64,000 nucleotides of DNA, from assembly GCA_002772695.1 (NCBI GenBank), contig PFDI01000003.1, forward strand, positions 11,914-75,913, read 5' to 3'. The notes beneath the pieces were generated by a model that did not search any database, had not been told where the DNA came from, and saw nothing but the letters and a program-made list of their open reading frames with translations. Source of the stretch: Candidatus Pacebacteria bacterium CG10_big_fil_rev_8_21_14_0_10_44_54. Lineage in GTDB: Bacteria > Patescibacteriota > Microgenomatia > UBA1400 > PJMF01. Below are positions 9,147-19,391 of the stretch, one piece after another. How positions within the stretch are numbered: position 1 is the stretch's first letter; each line of letters begins with the position of its first letter. The position numbers and the translations under genes are program-made.

Positions 9147-10115
9147 TTAGTTCGAAAATGAGTCTCGCACTCTCCGCAACCCCTCGGCAAACGACACTTT
9201 TGGCGACCAATTGAGCAGCGCTCTAGCTTTTGTTATGTCTGGCTTTCGTCGAGTCGGATCATCCCCAGGTAAATCTTTAAACAAGAGTTCTAAACCTGGT
9301 TTTTCAAATGCGTTCTTGACGAGTTCTGCCGTTTGGATCGCTGTATGTTCTTCATTGGGATTGCCCAAATTGATTGTTTCTCCAGCTAAGTTTTGTAGTG
9401 TTCCCATGAGTAAAATCCCCTCGACTAGATCAGAAACATAACAGAATGAGCGAGTTTGCGAGCCGTCACCGTAAACAGTAAGAGGATGGTCAGAACGTAC
9501 TTGTGCGATGAAGTTGGGGATAATACGACCATCCGCCAAGTCCATTCGCGGACCGTAGGTATTAAAAATACGTACGATACGAACATCCATACCAAAGTCT
9601 CGTGTATGGACTCCGCAGATTGTTTCGCCCAAACGTTTGGCTTCGTCATAGCAAGAGCGCACGCCATTTGGATTGACATTACCCCAATAGCTTTCTGACT
9701 GTGGGTGCTCTGTAGGATCGCCATACACCTCGGAAGTACTGGCAAAAATAAATCTAGCTTGCGACGCTCTGGTCTTGAGATACTGCAAGAGATAATGGGT
9801 ACCGATCGAGTTGACCAAATAGGTTTCTACAGGATGCGCCTGATACCTGGGAGGGCTCGCAGGCGAAGCGAGGTGATAGACTACATCTGGCTCCAACAAC
9901 TTGGGAAGATAATTAGCAGCAGGCTGAGAAACATCTGCTCTAATAAAATGAAAATCGCTATTACTTTCAAGATGGTCTAAATTTTTGGCTTGACCTGTGA
10001 TAAAGTTATCTATGCCATAAACCGAATAACCTTGCTTTAGTAGCGCATCACACAAATGCGAGCCGACAAATCCTGCGACTCCGGTTATTACTGCTGTTTG
10101 GTTGCTACGGTTCAT
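9147..10115 (-). CDS. UDP-glucuronate decarboxylase (UDP-xylose synthase)-like NAD-dependent epimerase/dehydratase
   Basis: VITGVAGFVGSHLCDAL (GxxGxxG), YDEAKR (YxxxK) and RIFNTYGPRM, which is characteristic of UXS/ArnA-type decarboxylases. Confidence 0.85.
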   Translation of the reverse strand: MNRSNQTAVITGVAGFVGSHLCDALLKQGYSVYGIDNFITGQAKNLDHLESNSDFHFIRADVSQPAANYLPKLLEPDVVYHLASPASPPRYQAHPVETYLVNSIGTHYLLQYLKTRASQARFIFASTSEVYGDPTEHPQSESYWGNVNPNGVRSCYDEAKRLGETICGVHTRDFGMDVRIVRIFNTYGPRMDLADGRIIPNFIAQVRSDHPLTVYGDGSQTRSFCYVSDLVEGILLMGTLQNLAGETINLGNPNEEHTAIQTAELVKNAFEKPGLELLFKDLPGDDPTRRKPDITKARALLNWSPKVSFAEGLRRVRDSFSN

Positions 10116-10149
10116 ACAGATATTCTAACGTATTAGAAAAGGTAAAACT

Positions 10150-10377
10150 ATGCCCGTAGTTGAAATTAAGAATGCATCTTTTGAGCTACTTATGGAAATA
10201 TACACCCAAGAGCTTCGGCGCCTACTTAGTTCAGAAGGAAATAACATCGACCCAGATTACATTGCCTCCATGCTAGAACGTTCACGATTGGAACAACATC
10301 AAAAAATGTTACTGCATCTAGAACTGGAAAAAAAATTACCGGAATTGCGTAAAGCAGCAAATCAAAATAGCACTTGA
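10150..10377 (+). CDS. hypothetical small helical protein (75 aa)
   Basis: ORF only. Its stop overlaps the start of the next gene. Confidence 0.3.
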   Translation: MPVVEIKNASFELLMEIYTQELRRLLSSEGNNIDPDYIASMLERSRLEQHQKMLLHLELEKKLPELRKAANQNST

Positions 10378-11876
10378 ACTCTACACTCTCTATAATGGAG
10401 TTCGTGCAATCATTTCTTAATCGTTCACGCTTGTTATTGCTACTAATTTTGGCGCTTGCGATACTTCTCCGCCTCCCACACCTCTCTGGCTCATTCTGGC
10501 TCGACGAAGCCGCCCAAGCACTCGAAAGCACACGGCCACTGTCGCAACAACTCGATATAGTGGCAGACTTTCAACCACCGCTGCTACACCTCATTACGCA
10601 TGTGGCTAGTTATGCATCGCACACCGAGTGGTGGCTAAGAACCGCCGGCGCACTAGTTCCTGGCTTGCTGACGATTGCGATCTTGTACTTATTTCTAGAG
10701 CGTGCCGCAAACAAAAAAACGGCGACGATTGCTGCAGCTCTACTTGCTACCTCCTCACTACACATCTATTTTTCTCAAGAATTGCGTCCGTACTCACTGC
10801 CTACCTTGTTTGCTGTTGCATCATGGTGGGCACTGTACGAGCAGCGTTGGCGCTGGTTTACCACCCTCACAATAGCAGGCCTCTACAGCTCATACCTTTA
10901 CCCATTTTTACTGATAGCACAGACAATTTGGTTACTACTAAATACAAAAAAATATAAGCAACTTGTCGTCTCCCTAGTAATCAGCACAGCCTGTTTTATT
11001 CCATGGCTGCCAACCTTTTTTGCACAGTTGCAAGCAGGGCAACTCCTTCGCAATGAACTGCCTGGTTGGGAAAGTACTGTCAGCATTTCACAAGAAAAAG
11101 CACTACAGTTGGTGATGGGGAAGTTTATTTTCGGCCTGAGCGATCTTTCTTTTTCTCTACCATATCTTGCTACTGGCTCGTTTGTCGTACTAAGCTTGAT
11201 TAGTTTGCTATTGTTTTCCTGGCAAAAAAAGGTAAAAAGGCAGCAAAAAGTACTCATGTTACTGCTATTCTGGGCAGGAGCACCACTTGCATTTGCTTGG
11301 CTGGCATCTTGGTTTGTGCCCGTAGTTGAGCCCAAGCGACTCTTACTCTCGCTCGCTGGATTTTATGGTCTAGCCAGCTATCTATTTGTACTTTCACTGC
11401 CGCAAAAAAATGCGATAGCAAAAAAACTCGCTACACTGCTTATTGCTATGCTATTTATTATAAATATCTCGAGTACTATCAGATATTTTATCGACAAATC
11501 ATTCCAACGAGAAGACTGGCGTGGAATCATTCGCAAAATAGAACAAACTTATCCGGCACAAAACACGATTGCTGTCTTTATTTTCCCCGAAGCTTTTGCT
11601 CCTTGGCTTTGGTATGCCTCTCCAGATATTACTACCATCAGTACAAAAGCAATCTATGTTGACAACACCACGCCGCTTCGTGATTTGCTTGAGCCAACAC
11701 TTGACTACGACTACATACTTATGTTTGACTACTTACAAGATCTCACCGACCCCAATCGATTGGTAGCAGCTGAGCTACAAAAGTTTGGTTTTGAGGAAAC
11801 TGGCTCGTTTTCTGCGCCAAACGTAGGTTTTGCCAGAATTTTTAGTAAACAAAATACCGCTGTAGATCAAGGATAG
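10374..11876 (+). CDS. GT-C family glycosyltransferase, PMT_2/ArnT-like (GT39/GT83-like) polytopic membrane protein
   Basis: LLLLILALAILLRLPHLSGSFWLDEAAQALES (the DE..A loop after TM1 is typical of PMT_2/ArnT), followed by multiple TM helices and a soluble C-terminal domain. Confidence 0.7.
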   Translation: MNSTLSIMEFVQSFLNRSRLLLLLILALAILLRLPHLSGSFWLDEAAQALESTRPLSQQLDIVADFQPPLLHLITHVASYASHTEWWLRTAGALVPGLLTIAILYLFLERAANKKTATIAAALLATSSLHIYFSQELRPYSLPTLFAVASWWALYEQRWRWFTTLTIAGLYSSYLYPFLLIAQTIWLLLNTKKYKQLVVSLVISTACFIPWLPTFFAQLQAGQLLRNELPGWESTVSISQEKALQLVMGKFIFGLSDLSFSLPYLATGSFVVLSLISLLLFSWQKKVKRQQKVLMLLLFWAGAPLAFAWLASWFVPVVEPKRLLLSLAGFYGLASYLFVLSLPQKNAIAKKLATLLIAMLFIINISSTIRYFIDKSFQREDWRGIIRKIEQTYPAQNTIAVFIFPEAFAPWLWYASPDITTISTKAIYVDNTTPLRDLLEPTLDYDYILMFDYLQDLTDPNRLVAAELQKFGFEETGSFSAPNVGFARIFSKQNTAVDQG

Positions 11877-11881
11877 CTGAC

Positions 11882-13036
11882 ATGTCACAACCACTCGCCG
11901 TCGGCATCGATATCACTTCTGTGTTGTATGGCAGGGGGGTATCACGCTATACGACCAATTTGACCAGGCACTTGCTGGCAAATAACCGAGTCAAAATGAG
12001 TTTGTACGGCTCCTCACTTCGACAAAAATCTGAACTCGAGCGAATTGCTAAAGAACTCAAGGCGGCCACGGAGCGAAAGGCTCATACTGTCATTCGTAAC
12101 TACCCACCATCGCTGTATAATTTTCTTTGGAACAAACTTGGCTACCCCAAAATTCGCGCTGCTTTCCCAGAAATTTCTCTCTTCCACTCATGGGACTGGT
12201 TGCAACCACCAGACAAAGATTTGCCACTAATCTCAACCATCCACGACCTAGCAATGCTGAAGTATCCCGAAACTGCCCATCCGCAAATTCTCAGCATGCA
12301 TCAAAAATCTTGGGATATTCTCAAAGATCGCGGCGCACATATTATTGCGGTTAGTCGGGCAACCAAAACCGACATTATTTCTTTTTTAGGAATACCGAGT
12401 GAGAGAATACATGTAGTACATGAAGCCCTACCGGACGAAGTGGTACTGACAAGTAAACACCTCACTGAGGAAAGATACGAGACTATCAAAACTAGCTTTG
12501 CACTACACAAACCGTTTGTATTATTTGTCGGCAGCAGAGAACCGCGAAAAAATCTTTCTCGCCTGATTGCCGCATGGCAGTCTCTGCAGATTCCCGACTT
12601 AGAATTACTCATTGCTGGGAGTGTTGGTTGGGACAAAACCAAAGACATGGATGCGATTCCCGGACTTCGTTTTCTCGATCGGGTCAGCGATGAAGCGCTA
12701 TCAGTACTGTATGGTGAAGCAAGCGTTTTTGCTTTTCCCTCATTGTATGAAGGTTTTGGTCTTCCGATATTGGAAGCGTTTCACCACGGTACACCTGTGG
12801 TTACTTCAAACTGCTCAAGCATGCCAGAGGTAGCGGGCAATGCAGCCGAGTTTGTCGATCCTCATTCCGAGGAAAGTATTGCGCTTGGACTCAAAAAAAT
12901 ACTCAATGAAAAAATTCCCGAGCAACAACTTCGCCTACAAAAAATGATCATCAGGTCGCAGATGTTCAGCTGGCAGCGTGTGGCAGAACAAACTATCACA
13001 GCCTACGAACAAACTGTTCAGTCATTTGTGTCATAA
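11882..13036 (+). CDS. glycosyltransferase family 4
   Basis: YEGFGLPILEAFHHGTPVVTSNCSSMPEVAGNAAEFVDP. Confidence 0.8.
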   Translation: MSQPLAVGIDITSVLYGRGVSRYTTNLTRHLLANNRVKMSLYGSSLRQKSELERIAKELKAATERKAHTVIRNYPPSLYNFLWNKLGYPKIRAAFPEISLFHSWDWLQPPDKDLPLISTIHDLAMLKYPETAHPQILSMHQKSWDILKDRGAHIIAVSRATKTDIISFLGIPSERIHVVHEALPDEVVLTSKHLTEERYETIKTSFALHKPFVLFVGSREPRKNLSRLIAAWQSLQIPDLELLIAGSVGWDKTKDMDAIPGLRFLDRVSDEALSVLYGEASVFAFPSLYEGFGLPILEAFHHGTPVVTSNCSSMPEVAGNAAEFVDPHSEESIALGLKKILNEKIPEQQLRLQKMIIRSQMFSWQRVAEQTITAYEQTVQSFVS

Positions 13037-13042
13037 TAAATC

Positions 13043-14209
13043 ATGGCTACCTACCGCATAGCAATAGACGGCAATGAGGCTAATGTAGTCGATCGTGTTG
13101 GCAGCAACACTTATGCGTATGAACTACTGGTCGCGCTCGAGCAACAACTTGCCAAACAAGCAAATTGGCAGATCACAGTTCTGCTCACACAGCATCCATG
13201 CAGCGACATGCCGCTAGAGCGTCCTGGCTGGAAGTATGTTGTAGTTCGACCAAAACAATTCTGGACACAATGGGCGCTGCCTCGTTTTTTGTATCAGCAC
13301 CGAAGTAATTTTGATTTGTTTTTTACACCCGGCCATTACGCTCCCCGACACGCTCCGTTACCCTATATTTCTGCGGTACTAGACCTTGCCTTTCTTTCGC
13401 ACCCCGATTCTTTCACACTGCGCGACAGACTGCAGCTCTCCTACTGGACTAAGTACAGCGTTAAAAACGCCAAAAAAATCATAACTATTAGCCATGCAAG
13501 TAAAACAGAAATTGCTGCTACATATAAAATTCCTCCAGAAAACATAGCTGTTTGTTATCCAGCTATTGGCATAATCCAAAAACCAACTTTGCAAGAAGCG
13601 GCCAAAGATCTCAAAAAATTTGCTATTACAAAGCCATTCTTTATTTCTCTTGGAACAATTCAGCCGAGAAAAAACCTCATTAAACTAATTGAAGCTTTCG
13701 AAAGCTACTCACGAAAACAACAAGGTCTAGCCAAACAAACAAAGGCAAAACAACATAACTTAGTACTAGCGGGCAAGGAAGGCTGGCTGGCAGCACCAAT
13801 TCTCAAGCGTATTGCAGCATCTCCATTCAAAGAATTGATTATAGTGACTGGTTTCATCACAACAAAAGAAAAATGGTCGCTACTTCGCTCGGCTACTGCT
13901 GTTGTCATTGTCGGACTGAAAGAAGGTTTTGGCATACCTGCACTCGAGGCACTCGAAGCAAACACAATTCCTGTTGTCGCCAATGCGGCAAGTTTGCCAG
14001 AAGTAGTCGGCGAGTCAGGAATTTTGGTAGATCCACACAACACTCTAGATATAGCCGATGGTTTGTGGAAGGCTGCAACGCTCAAAGCGCGGGAAAAAGC
14101 TGTGCTCAAAAAAAAGGGAAGAGAACAAAAAACTCTCTTCAGTTGGAAAAACACCGCTCAACATGTACAGGATCTCTGGCAAAGTGTGCTCACAAAGAAA
14201 CAAGTGTGA
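13043..14209 (+). CDS. glycosyltransferase family 4
   Basis: KEGFGIPALEALEANTIPVVANAASLPEVVGESGILVDP. Confidence 0.8.
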   Translation: MATYRIAIDGNEANVVDRVGSNTYAYELLVALEQQLAKQANWQITVLLTQHPCSDMPLERPGWKYVVVRPKQFWTQWALPRFLYQHRSNFDLFFTPGHYAPRHAPLPYISAVLDLAFLSHPDSFTLRDRLQLSYWTKYSVKNAKKIITISHASKTEIAATYKIPPENIAVCYPAIGIIQKPTLQEAAKDLKKFAITKPFFISLGTIQPRKNLIKLIEAFESYSRKQQGLAKQTKAKQHNLVLAGKEGWLAAPILKRIAASPFKELIIVTGFITTKEKWSLLRSATAVVIVGLKEGFGIPALEALEANTIPVVANAASLPEVVGESGILVDPHNTLDIADGLWKAATLKAREKAVLKKKGREQKTLFSWKNTAQHVQDLWQSVLTKKQV

Positions 14210-14691
14210 TAACAATTCTCGCTATTGACCCAGGATATGACCGTCTCGGTTGGGCAGTTGTATCGGTCGACGACCGCAAGCTTTTACTGCGAGCATACAA
14301 CTGTATTGTGACTGATCGAGCCAAAAACTTGGCCGAAAGAATTCAACAAATCACTACCGAGCTTGAAGAAATAATTGCGAGTCAACAGCCGCAAGAACTT
14401 GCCATCGAAACACTCATTTTTGCTCGTAACACAACTACTGCACTCAAAGTAAGTGAGGTGCGTGGAGCAATTATCGCCACAGCAAATACCCATAACTTAG
14501 TAATTCACCAGTACAATCCTGGTACTATTAAGCTAGCTATCGCAGGGCATGGCAAAGCTGATAAGCGAGCAGTTGATAAAATGTTGCGCCTGCTCATACC
14601 AGATATAGGCAAAGTACTGCACGATGATACAATGGATGCAATCGCAATCGCAGTAACTCACGCGCTTGCAGTTCACCATCTGCAACTCTGA
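14206..14691 (+). CDS. ruvC: crossover junction endodeoxyribonuclease RuvC
   Basis: ITILAIDPGYDRLGWAVV...ETLIFARNTTTALKVSEVRGAII...DAIAIAVTHA. The GTG start is embedded in the upstream stop (GTGA). The track ORF 13873-14691 is an upstream extension of this frame that overlaps the preceding GT4 gene. Confidence 0.85.
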   Translation: MITILAIDPGYDRLGWAVVSVDDRKLLLRAYNCIVTDRAKNLAERIQQITTELEEIIASQQPQELAIETLIFARNTTTALKVSEVRGAIIATANTHNLVIHQYNPGTIKLAIAGHGKADKRAVDKMLRLLIPDIGKVLHDDTMDAIAIAVTHALAVHHLQL

Positions 14692-14693
14692 TT

Positions 14694-15269
14694 ATGATCG
14701 CATTTCTTACTGGCACACTCCATCAAGTCGGGACTCCACTCATCCTTCTGGTTGGCGGTGTCGGCTATAGTGTACGAGTAGCAGAAAAACATCAATCTCT
14801 CTGGAGCGTTGGTCAAAATTTATCACTGTGGATCCATACCCACGTTGCCGAGACAAAGTTTGAGTTATTCGGTTTTCCAGACCAAAAAGAGAAGGAACTA
14901 TTTTTACTTTTACTCCAAGTGTCTGGAGTAGGCCCAAGCACTGCCTTGCAGTTGGGGGCGATCGGAAGTGAAAAAATCTCACAGGCGGTTCGCGACGGGG
15001 CTGTGCGCACATTTACTCAAGTTCCTCGGGTGGGAAAGAAATTAGCACAAAAAATAATCATAGAGCTTGGCAGCAAGCTTGGGGCAATAGAAGAACTACA
15101 ACTAGGTACACTCGATACTGATCGCGCACTACTGCTCGAGGCTCTGCTTTCACTTGGATATGAAGAACAACGTGTATACGACGTAGTCCGCAAAACAAAT
15201 ATGGACAACCAAACGCTGGAGCAAGCACTCAAACAAACCATGCAAACAATTGGAACAACGAAAACATGA
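14694..15269 (+). CDS. ruvA: Holliday junction DNA helicase RuvA
   Basis: MIAFLTGTL...LLVGGVGYSV...ELFLLLLQVSGVGPSTAL. Confidence 0.85.
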   Translation: MIAFLTGTLHQVGTPLILLVGGVGYSVRVAEKHQSLWSVGQNLSLWIHTHVAETKFELFGFPDQKEKELFLLLLQVSGVGPSTALQLGAIGSEKISQAVRDGAVRTFTQVPRVGKKLAQKIIIELGSKLGAIEELQLGTLDTDRALLLEALLSLGYEEQRVYDVVRKTNMDNQTLEQALKQTMQTIGTTKT

Positions 15270-16258
15270 CACAAGCTCCTTCCCAATTACAAACACCAGA
15301 AGAAGTAGAGCTTTTTTCTAACCTGAGAGCACAAACATGGGCTGAATTTTATGGTCAAGACACGGTCAAAAAATCTCTTACCATTGCGATAGAAGCTGCG
15401 CGCAATCGAGCCGAACCACTTGATCACTTACTGCTATATGGGCCCCCAGGTCTTGGCAAAACGACACTTTGCCACTTGATTGCCAGTGAACTCAACGTAC
15501 AAACCAAAATTACTTCTGGCACGGCCTTGACAAAGGTCGGGGATTTGGCTGCCATTATTACCAATCTTAACCCAGGCGACATCTTGTTTATTGATGAAAT
15601 TCACCGCTTGCCAAAAGCTGTAGAAGAAACTCTGTACCCTGCCATGGAGGATTACGCACTAGATGTAGTCATTGGCAAAGGACCAACAGCCCGATCTATC
15701 CGACTTGATTTACCCAAGTTTACACTTGTTGGTGCTACCACAAAATTTGGCTTGCTATCTGGTCCATTTCGAGATCGGTTTGGCATTATTCATCGTCTTT
15801 CTTACTATAAATCACTCGCATTACAAACAATCTTGATGCGTTCGGCAGAAAAACTCCATGTTAGACTGCGTGAATCTGGCGCTATTGCGATCGCACAACG
15901 CTCTAGAGGCACCCCTCGAATTGCTCTCAAATTACTGAAACGAGTGCGAGATTATCTCGAAGTACACAACCAAACCGAAATTTCTGGTGAGCTTGTACAA
16001 AAAGCACTTGATCTTTTTGAAATTGATCAGTTGGGTCTTGATGATAGCGACCGACGTCTTATTGAGCTCATCATTGGCAAACACCAAGGTGGTCCGGTAG
16101 GACTAAGTACGCTTGCGGCGGCGTTAAATGAAGATACTGTCACAATCGAGGAAGTGATTGAACCATACCTCATGCAGATTGGTTTTCTCAAACGAACCAC
16201 ACAGGGCAGAATGACGACAGAAGCTGCCAAAAAGCACCTCAACAACTCAAATGCTTAG
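15266..16258 (+). CDS. ruvB: Holliday junction DNA helicase RuvB
   Basis: LLYGPPGLGKTTL (Walker A), ILFIDEIHRL (Walker B) and a C-terminal winged-helix domain. Confidence 0.95.
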   Translation: MTQAPSQLQTPEEVELFSNLRAQTWAEFYGQDTVKKSLTIAIEAARNRAEPLDHLLLYGPPGLGKTTLCHLIASELNVQTKITSGTALTKVGDLAAIITNLNPGDILFIDEIHRLPKAVEETLYPAMEDYALDVVIGKGPTARSIRLDLPKFTLVGATTKFGLLSGPFRDRFGIIHRLSYYKSLALQTILMRSAEKLHVRLRESGAIAIAQRSRGTPRIALKLLKRVRDYLEVHNQTEISGELVQKALDLFEIDQLGLDDSDRRLIELIIGKHQGGPVGLSTLAAALNEDTVTIEEVIEPYLMQIGFLKRTTQGRMTTEAAKKHLNNSNA

Positions 16259-16277
16259 GCGTATACTGAGGGCAACT

Positions 16278-16862
16278 ATGACTGTTTGGCAAAAAATCCA
16301 ACGTCGAATCACTACAATTTGGCTCGAACTAGCAACTGGGTTTTTGTGGTGGGGCGTTGGCGTAGTCCCACTACATCACGTCCGACGATTCTTTTATCGC
16401 TTGTTTGGTATGCAAATCGGATCAGGCTCGACACTTCATATGGGAGCGCGTATCTACGATCCACGACATATTTATATTGGAAAAGACAGCATAATCGGAG
16501 AAAAAGTTACACTCGATGGGAGAAGACAACTAGAAAACTCACGAGGTGGTATCACCATCGGCGACCATGTTGATATTGCTTCGGAAGTCATGATCTGGAC
16601 AAGTGAGCATGATATTTCCAGCACTGACTTTGCCCCTATTGAAGAGCCTGTGACGATTGGTGATTATGTATTTATTGGTCCTCGGGCAATCATTTTGCCA
16701 GGAGTAACAATTGCTCATGGTGCGGTGATTGCTGCGGGAGCAGTCGTAACCAAAGATGTGGCGGCACACAGTATTGTCGGTGGTGTCCCTGCCAAAGCAA
16801 TTGGACAGAGAGCACAAAACAACTTGCAGTACCGCTTGGGTAGGGCCCGTTGGTTCCAATAA
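16278..16862 (+). CDS. left-handed beta-helix (hexapeptide repeat) acetyltransferase, WcaF/LacA-like
   Basis: IGDHVDIASEVMIWTSEHD...IGDYVFIGPRAIILPGVTIAHGAVIAAGAVVTKDV. The start is taken at the internal ATG that follows a TATACT -10. Confidence 0.75.
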   Translation: MTVWQKIQRRITTIWLELATGFLWWGVGVVPLHHVRRFFYRLFGMQIGSGSTLHMGARIYDPRHIYIGKDSIIGEKVTLDGRRQLENSRGGITIGDHVDIASEVMIWTSEHDISSTDFAPIEEPVTIGDYVFIGPRAIILPGVTIAHGAVIAAGAVVTKDVAAHSIVGGVPAKAIGQRAQNNLQYRLGRARWFQ

Positions 16863-16867
16863 ATTCC

Positions 16868-17764
16868 ATGCGCGTTTCAATTCTCATCGTCTCGTACAAT
16901 ACAAAAGAGCTCACCCTGCAAACCTTGCAGAGCGTTATTGCCTCACTTTCTCAATCAATCCTGTTGCAAAACAATTCAGAAATTATTGTCGTTGACAACA
17001 ACTCGAGAGATGAAAGTCTCGCAGCAATCAAACAGCTTGCAACAGCTTCTGCTATCCCAATTACGCTGCTGGCAAATACCAAAAATACCGGCTTTGCCCA
17101 TGCCAACAACCTCGCTATCGCCAAAGCTACTGGCAAGGTGCTTCTGCTACTTAATTCAGACACGCTCGTGCCACAAGGTGCGATTACTCGCCTCTATGAG
17201 AGACTCATGCAATCTGATTCCAAGCATCTGGGTATTCTTGCTGCTAACCTACGCAACCTTGATGGTAGTCCACAACCGCAGGGTGGAGCGCTACCAAACC
17301 TCATAACGCTCACCAATCATATGCTGATGCTTGATGACTTACCGCTCATCGGAAAATTTCTGCCATCTACCCAAAATCAAAAATTTCAAGGTTGGGTAGC
17401 TGCTACCGCCATGGCAATTAAAAAGTCAGTTATCGATGAAATCGGAACACTCGACGAAAATATCTTTATGTACGGAGAAGATGTAGAGTTTTGTCTGCGC
17501 GCTCGGCACCACCACTGGGATGTAGCAATTTCACCTGACGCAGTAATCACTCACATCCAAGCTGCAAGCTCCAACCAGAAAAATGCAGTACTCGGAGAAA
17601 TCAAAGGCTATCAATACATTTGGGCAAAGCATATGCCACTTTGGCAGCGGCCGGTTGTTAACACCATACTTCGCCTGGGCATACTACTTCGCTGGCTGCT
17701 ATTTGCTACAATAGGCAGGACAGAGCAATCCCGACTGTATCGCAGTCTCTTGTCTCAGGTCTAA
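16868..17764 (+). CDS. glycosyltransferase family 2
   Basis: MRVSILIVSYNTKELT...IIVVDNNSRDESL...LLLNSDTLV...YGEDVEFCLR. Confidence 0.8.
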   Translation: MRVSILIVSYNTKELTLQTLQSVIASLSQSILLQNNSEIIVVDNNSRDESLAAIKQLATASAIPITLLANTKNTGFAHANNLAIAKATGKVLLLLNSDTLVPQGAITRLYERLMQSDSKHLGILAANLRNLDGSPQPQGGALPNLITLTNHMLMLDDLPLIGKFLPSTQNQKFQGWVAATAMAIKKSVIDEIGTLDENIFMYGEDVEFCLRARHHHWDVAISPDAVITHIQAASSNQKNAVLGEIKGYQYIWAKHMPLWQRPVVNTILRLGILLRWLLFATIGRTEQSRLYRSLLSQV

Positions 17765-17768
17765 CTGT

Positions 17769-19391
17769 ATGCCTACCTCCAAAACAATCCTTGGCTGGAT
17801 CGATCACAATCTCTTACTTGTTCTCAGTGGATTCTTGCTCGCGTTTATCCCACTCTATCCCAAGTTACCACTGTTTGACTTGATTCCAGGTTATCTCGTG
17901 CGAGTTCGAGTAGAAGATATTTTTATAGCACTTACTATACTTTTTTGGCTCATCCAGTTAGCCAGAAAAAAAGTAACCTGGAAAATTCCCATAGCAAAAT
18001 TGCTTGGTCTGTATTTGCTGGCAGGATTTGCTTCGTTACTCAGTGCAGTGTTTATTACCAAAACCATTCCTTTTGAGGTTCTGCATCTAGGCAAATCTGT
18101 CTTGCATTTACTAAGATATCTCGAATACTTCGCACTTTTCTTTATCATTTTTTCAAGTATAAAAACAAAGCATCACTTGCGCATTTTACTGCTGACCGGC
18201 TTCATAACGCTCTTGGCTGTGGCCGCCTATGGTGTCGGACAACGCTACTTCTACTGGCCAGTCTACTCGACCATGAATAGAGAGTTTAGCAAAGGACTCA
18301 GACTCTACCTCACCCCACATGCACGAGTACAATCAACTTTTGGCGGTCATTATGATCTTGGAGGCTACCTCGTCATCACCCTACCATTTGTCCTAGCCGC
18401 CCTATATAGCTTCACAAAGAAAAAAGAAAAAATTGCGCTCTTTGTTTTATTTTACTTTGGTATCTGGTTGATTACTGTCTCTGCCTCACGAGCCTCATTT
18501 GGTTCACTCTTGCTTGCTTTACTCATAGTTGTACTACTTTTTGCGATCCAGAAAAAAACCTGGCTAAAGAGGACAACCTGGTTTTTCCGCCAGACAAGCC
18601 TACTCACACTTGGAACGTCGGTCGTGCTCGTGTTCTTTGGTCAAGATATGTACGAGAGATTACTACAAATTTTGGATGGTTATCCTCTGGCTCACACAGC
18701 GTATGAGCAAGTAGATACAAAGAGAAAAGAATTTCTGCATTTTCTACCTCAGTTTCAAGTCGAAAAACCAGAAAACGCGCTTTCAACAGAAGAAGCAGCG
18801 GTTATGGTAGCTTCGGATACACGACCAACACCCCAAAGACCAAGTGACGTTTATGTTAATGTTCCCGACCATAAATTAGTCGCTACGGTGTCGGCAGAGG
18901 GGATCGAGTCTATGATACTAGTAGAGGTTGAGCGAACATACTCACAAAATGCGCTCGAGCGAGGACTTTCGCTCGCTATTCGTCTTGATACACTTTGGCC
19001 ACAAGCAATTGCCGGGTTTCAAAAAAACCCACTACTTGGTACGGGATACGCCACGCTAACCAAGGAGAGTGTTCAGCAATTTACCGAAGCCGAAAGCACT
19101 GATAACAACTATTTACGAACACTCGGCGAAACAGGCCTTGCTGGTTTTCTATTCTTTTACGGTAGCATTATCACCGCACTCTGGCTCTCATTGCGCACGC
19201 TACGACGTGTAGACCAACAACTCGCCCCAATCGAAAAAATTATCCTTGTTGGTTTTATTGCTGGCTCAATTGGCTTGCTACTCAATGCTACCTATATTGA
19301 TGTATTTGTAGCTTCCAAAATAGCCTACATATTTTGGGCAAATACGGGTATGGCAATGGCAGTTTACCTCTGGTATCATAATGAAAAATAA
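17769..19391 (+). CDS. Wzy_C family membrane protein (O-antigen ligase / O-oligosaccharyltransferase-like), paralog of the N-terminal domain of the 6001-9141 product
   Basis: FIPLYPKLPLFDLIPGYLVRVRVEDI, STMNREFSKG, IRLDTLWPQAIAGFQKNPLLGTGYATL and STDNNYLRTLGETGLAGF. Confidence 0.75.
   Translation: MPTSKTILGWIDHNLLLVLSGFLLAFIPLYPKLPLFDLIPGYLVRVRVEDIFIALTILFWLIQLARKKVTWKIPIAKLLGLYLLAGFASLLSAVFITKTIPFEVLHLGKSVLHLLRYLEYFALFFIIFSSIKTKHHLRILLLTGFITLLAVAAYGVGQRYFYWPVYSTMNREFSKGLRLYLTPHARVQSTFGGHYDLGGYLVITLPFVLAALYSFTKKKEKIALFVLFYFGIWLITVSASRASFGSLLLALLIVVLLFAIQKKTWLKRTTWFFRQTSLLTLGTSVVLVFFGQDMYERLLQILDGYPLAHTAYEQVDTKRKEFLHFLPQFQVEKPENALSTEEAAVMVASDTRPTPQRPSDVYVNVPDHKLVATVSAEGIESMILVEVERTYSQNALERGLSLAIRLDTLWPQAIAGFQKNPLLGTGYATLTKESVQQFTEAESTDNNYLRTLGETGLAGFLFFYGSIITALWLSLRTLRRVDQQLAPIEKIILVGFIAGSIGLLLNATYIDVFVASKIAYIFWANTGMAMAVYLWYHNEK

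Noticed and set aside
13873-14691. 272-aa track ORF that overlaps the 3' half of the GT4 gene
   Set aside because: Only the last about 160 codons match RuvC. The upstream part is an arbitrary open frame overlapping a well-supported GT4 gene, so the true ruvC start is the GTG at 14206.
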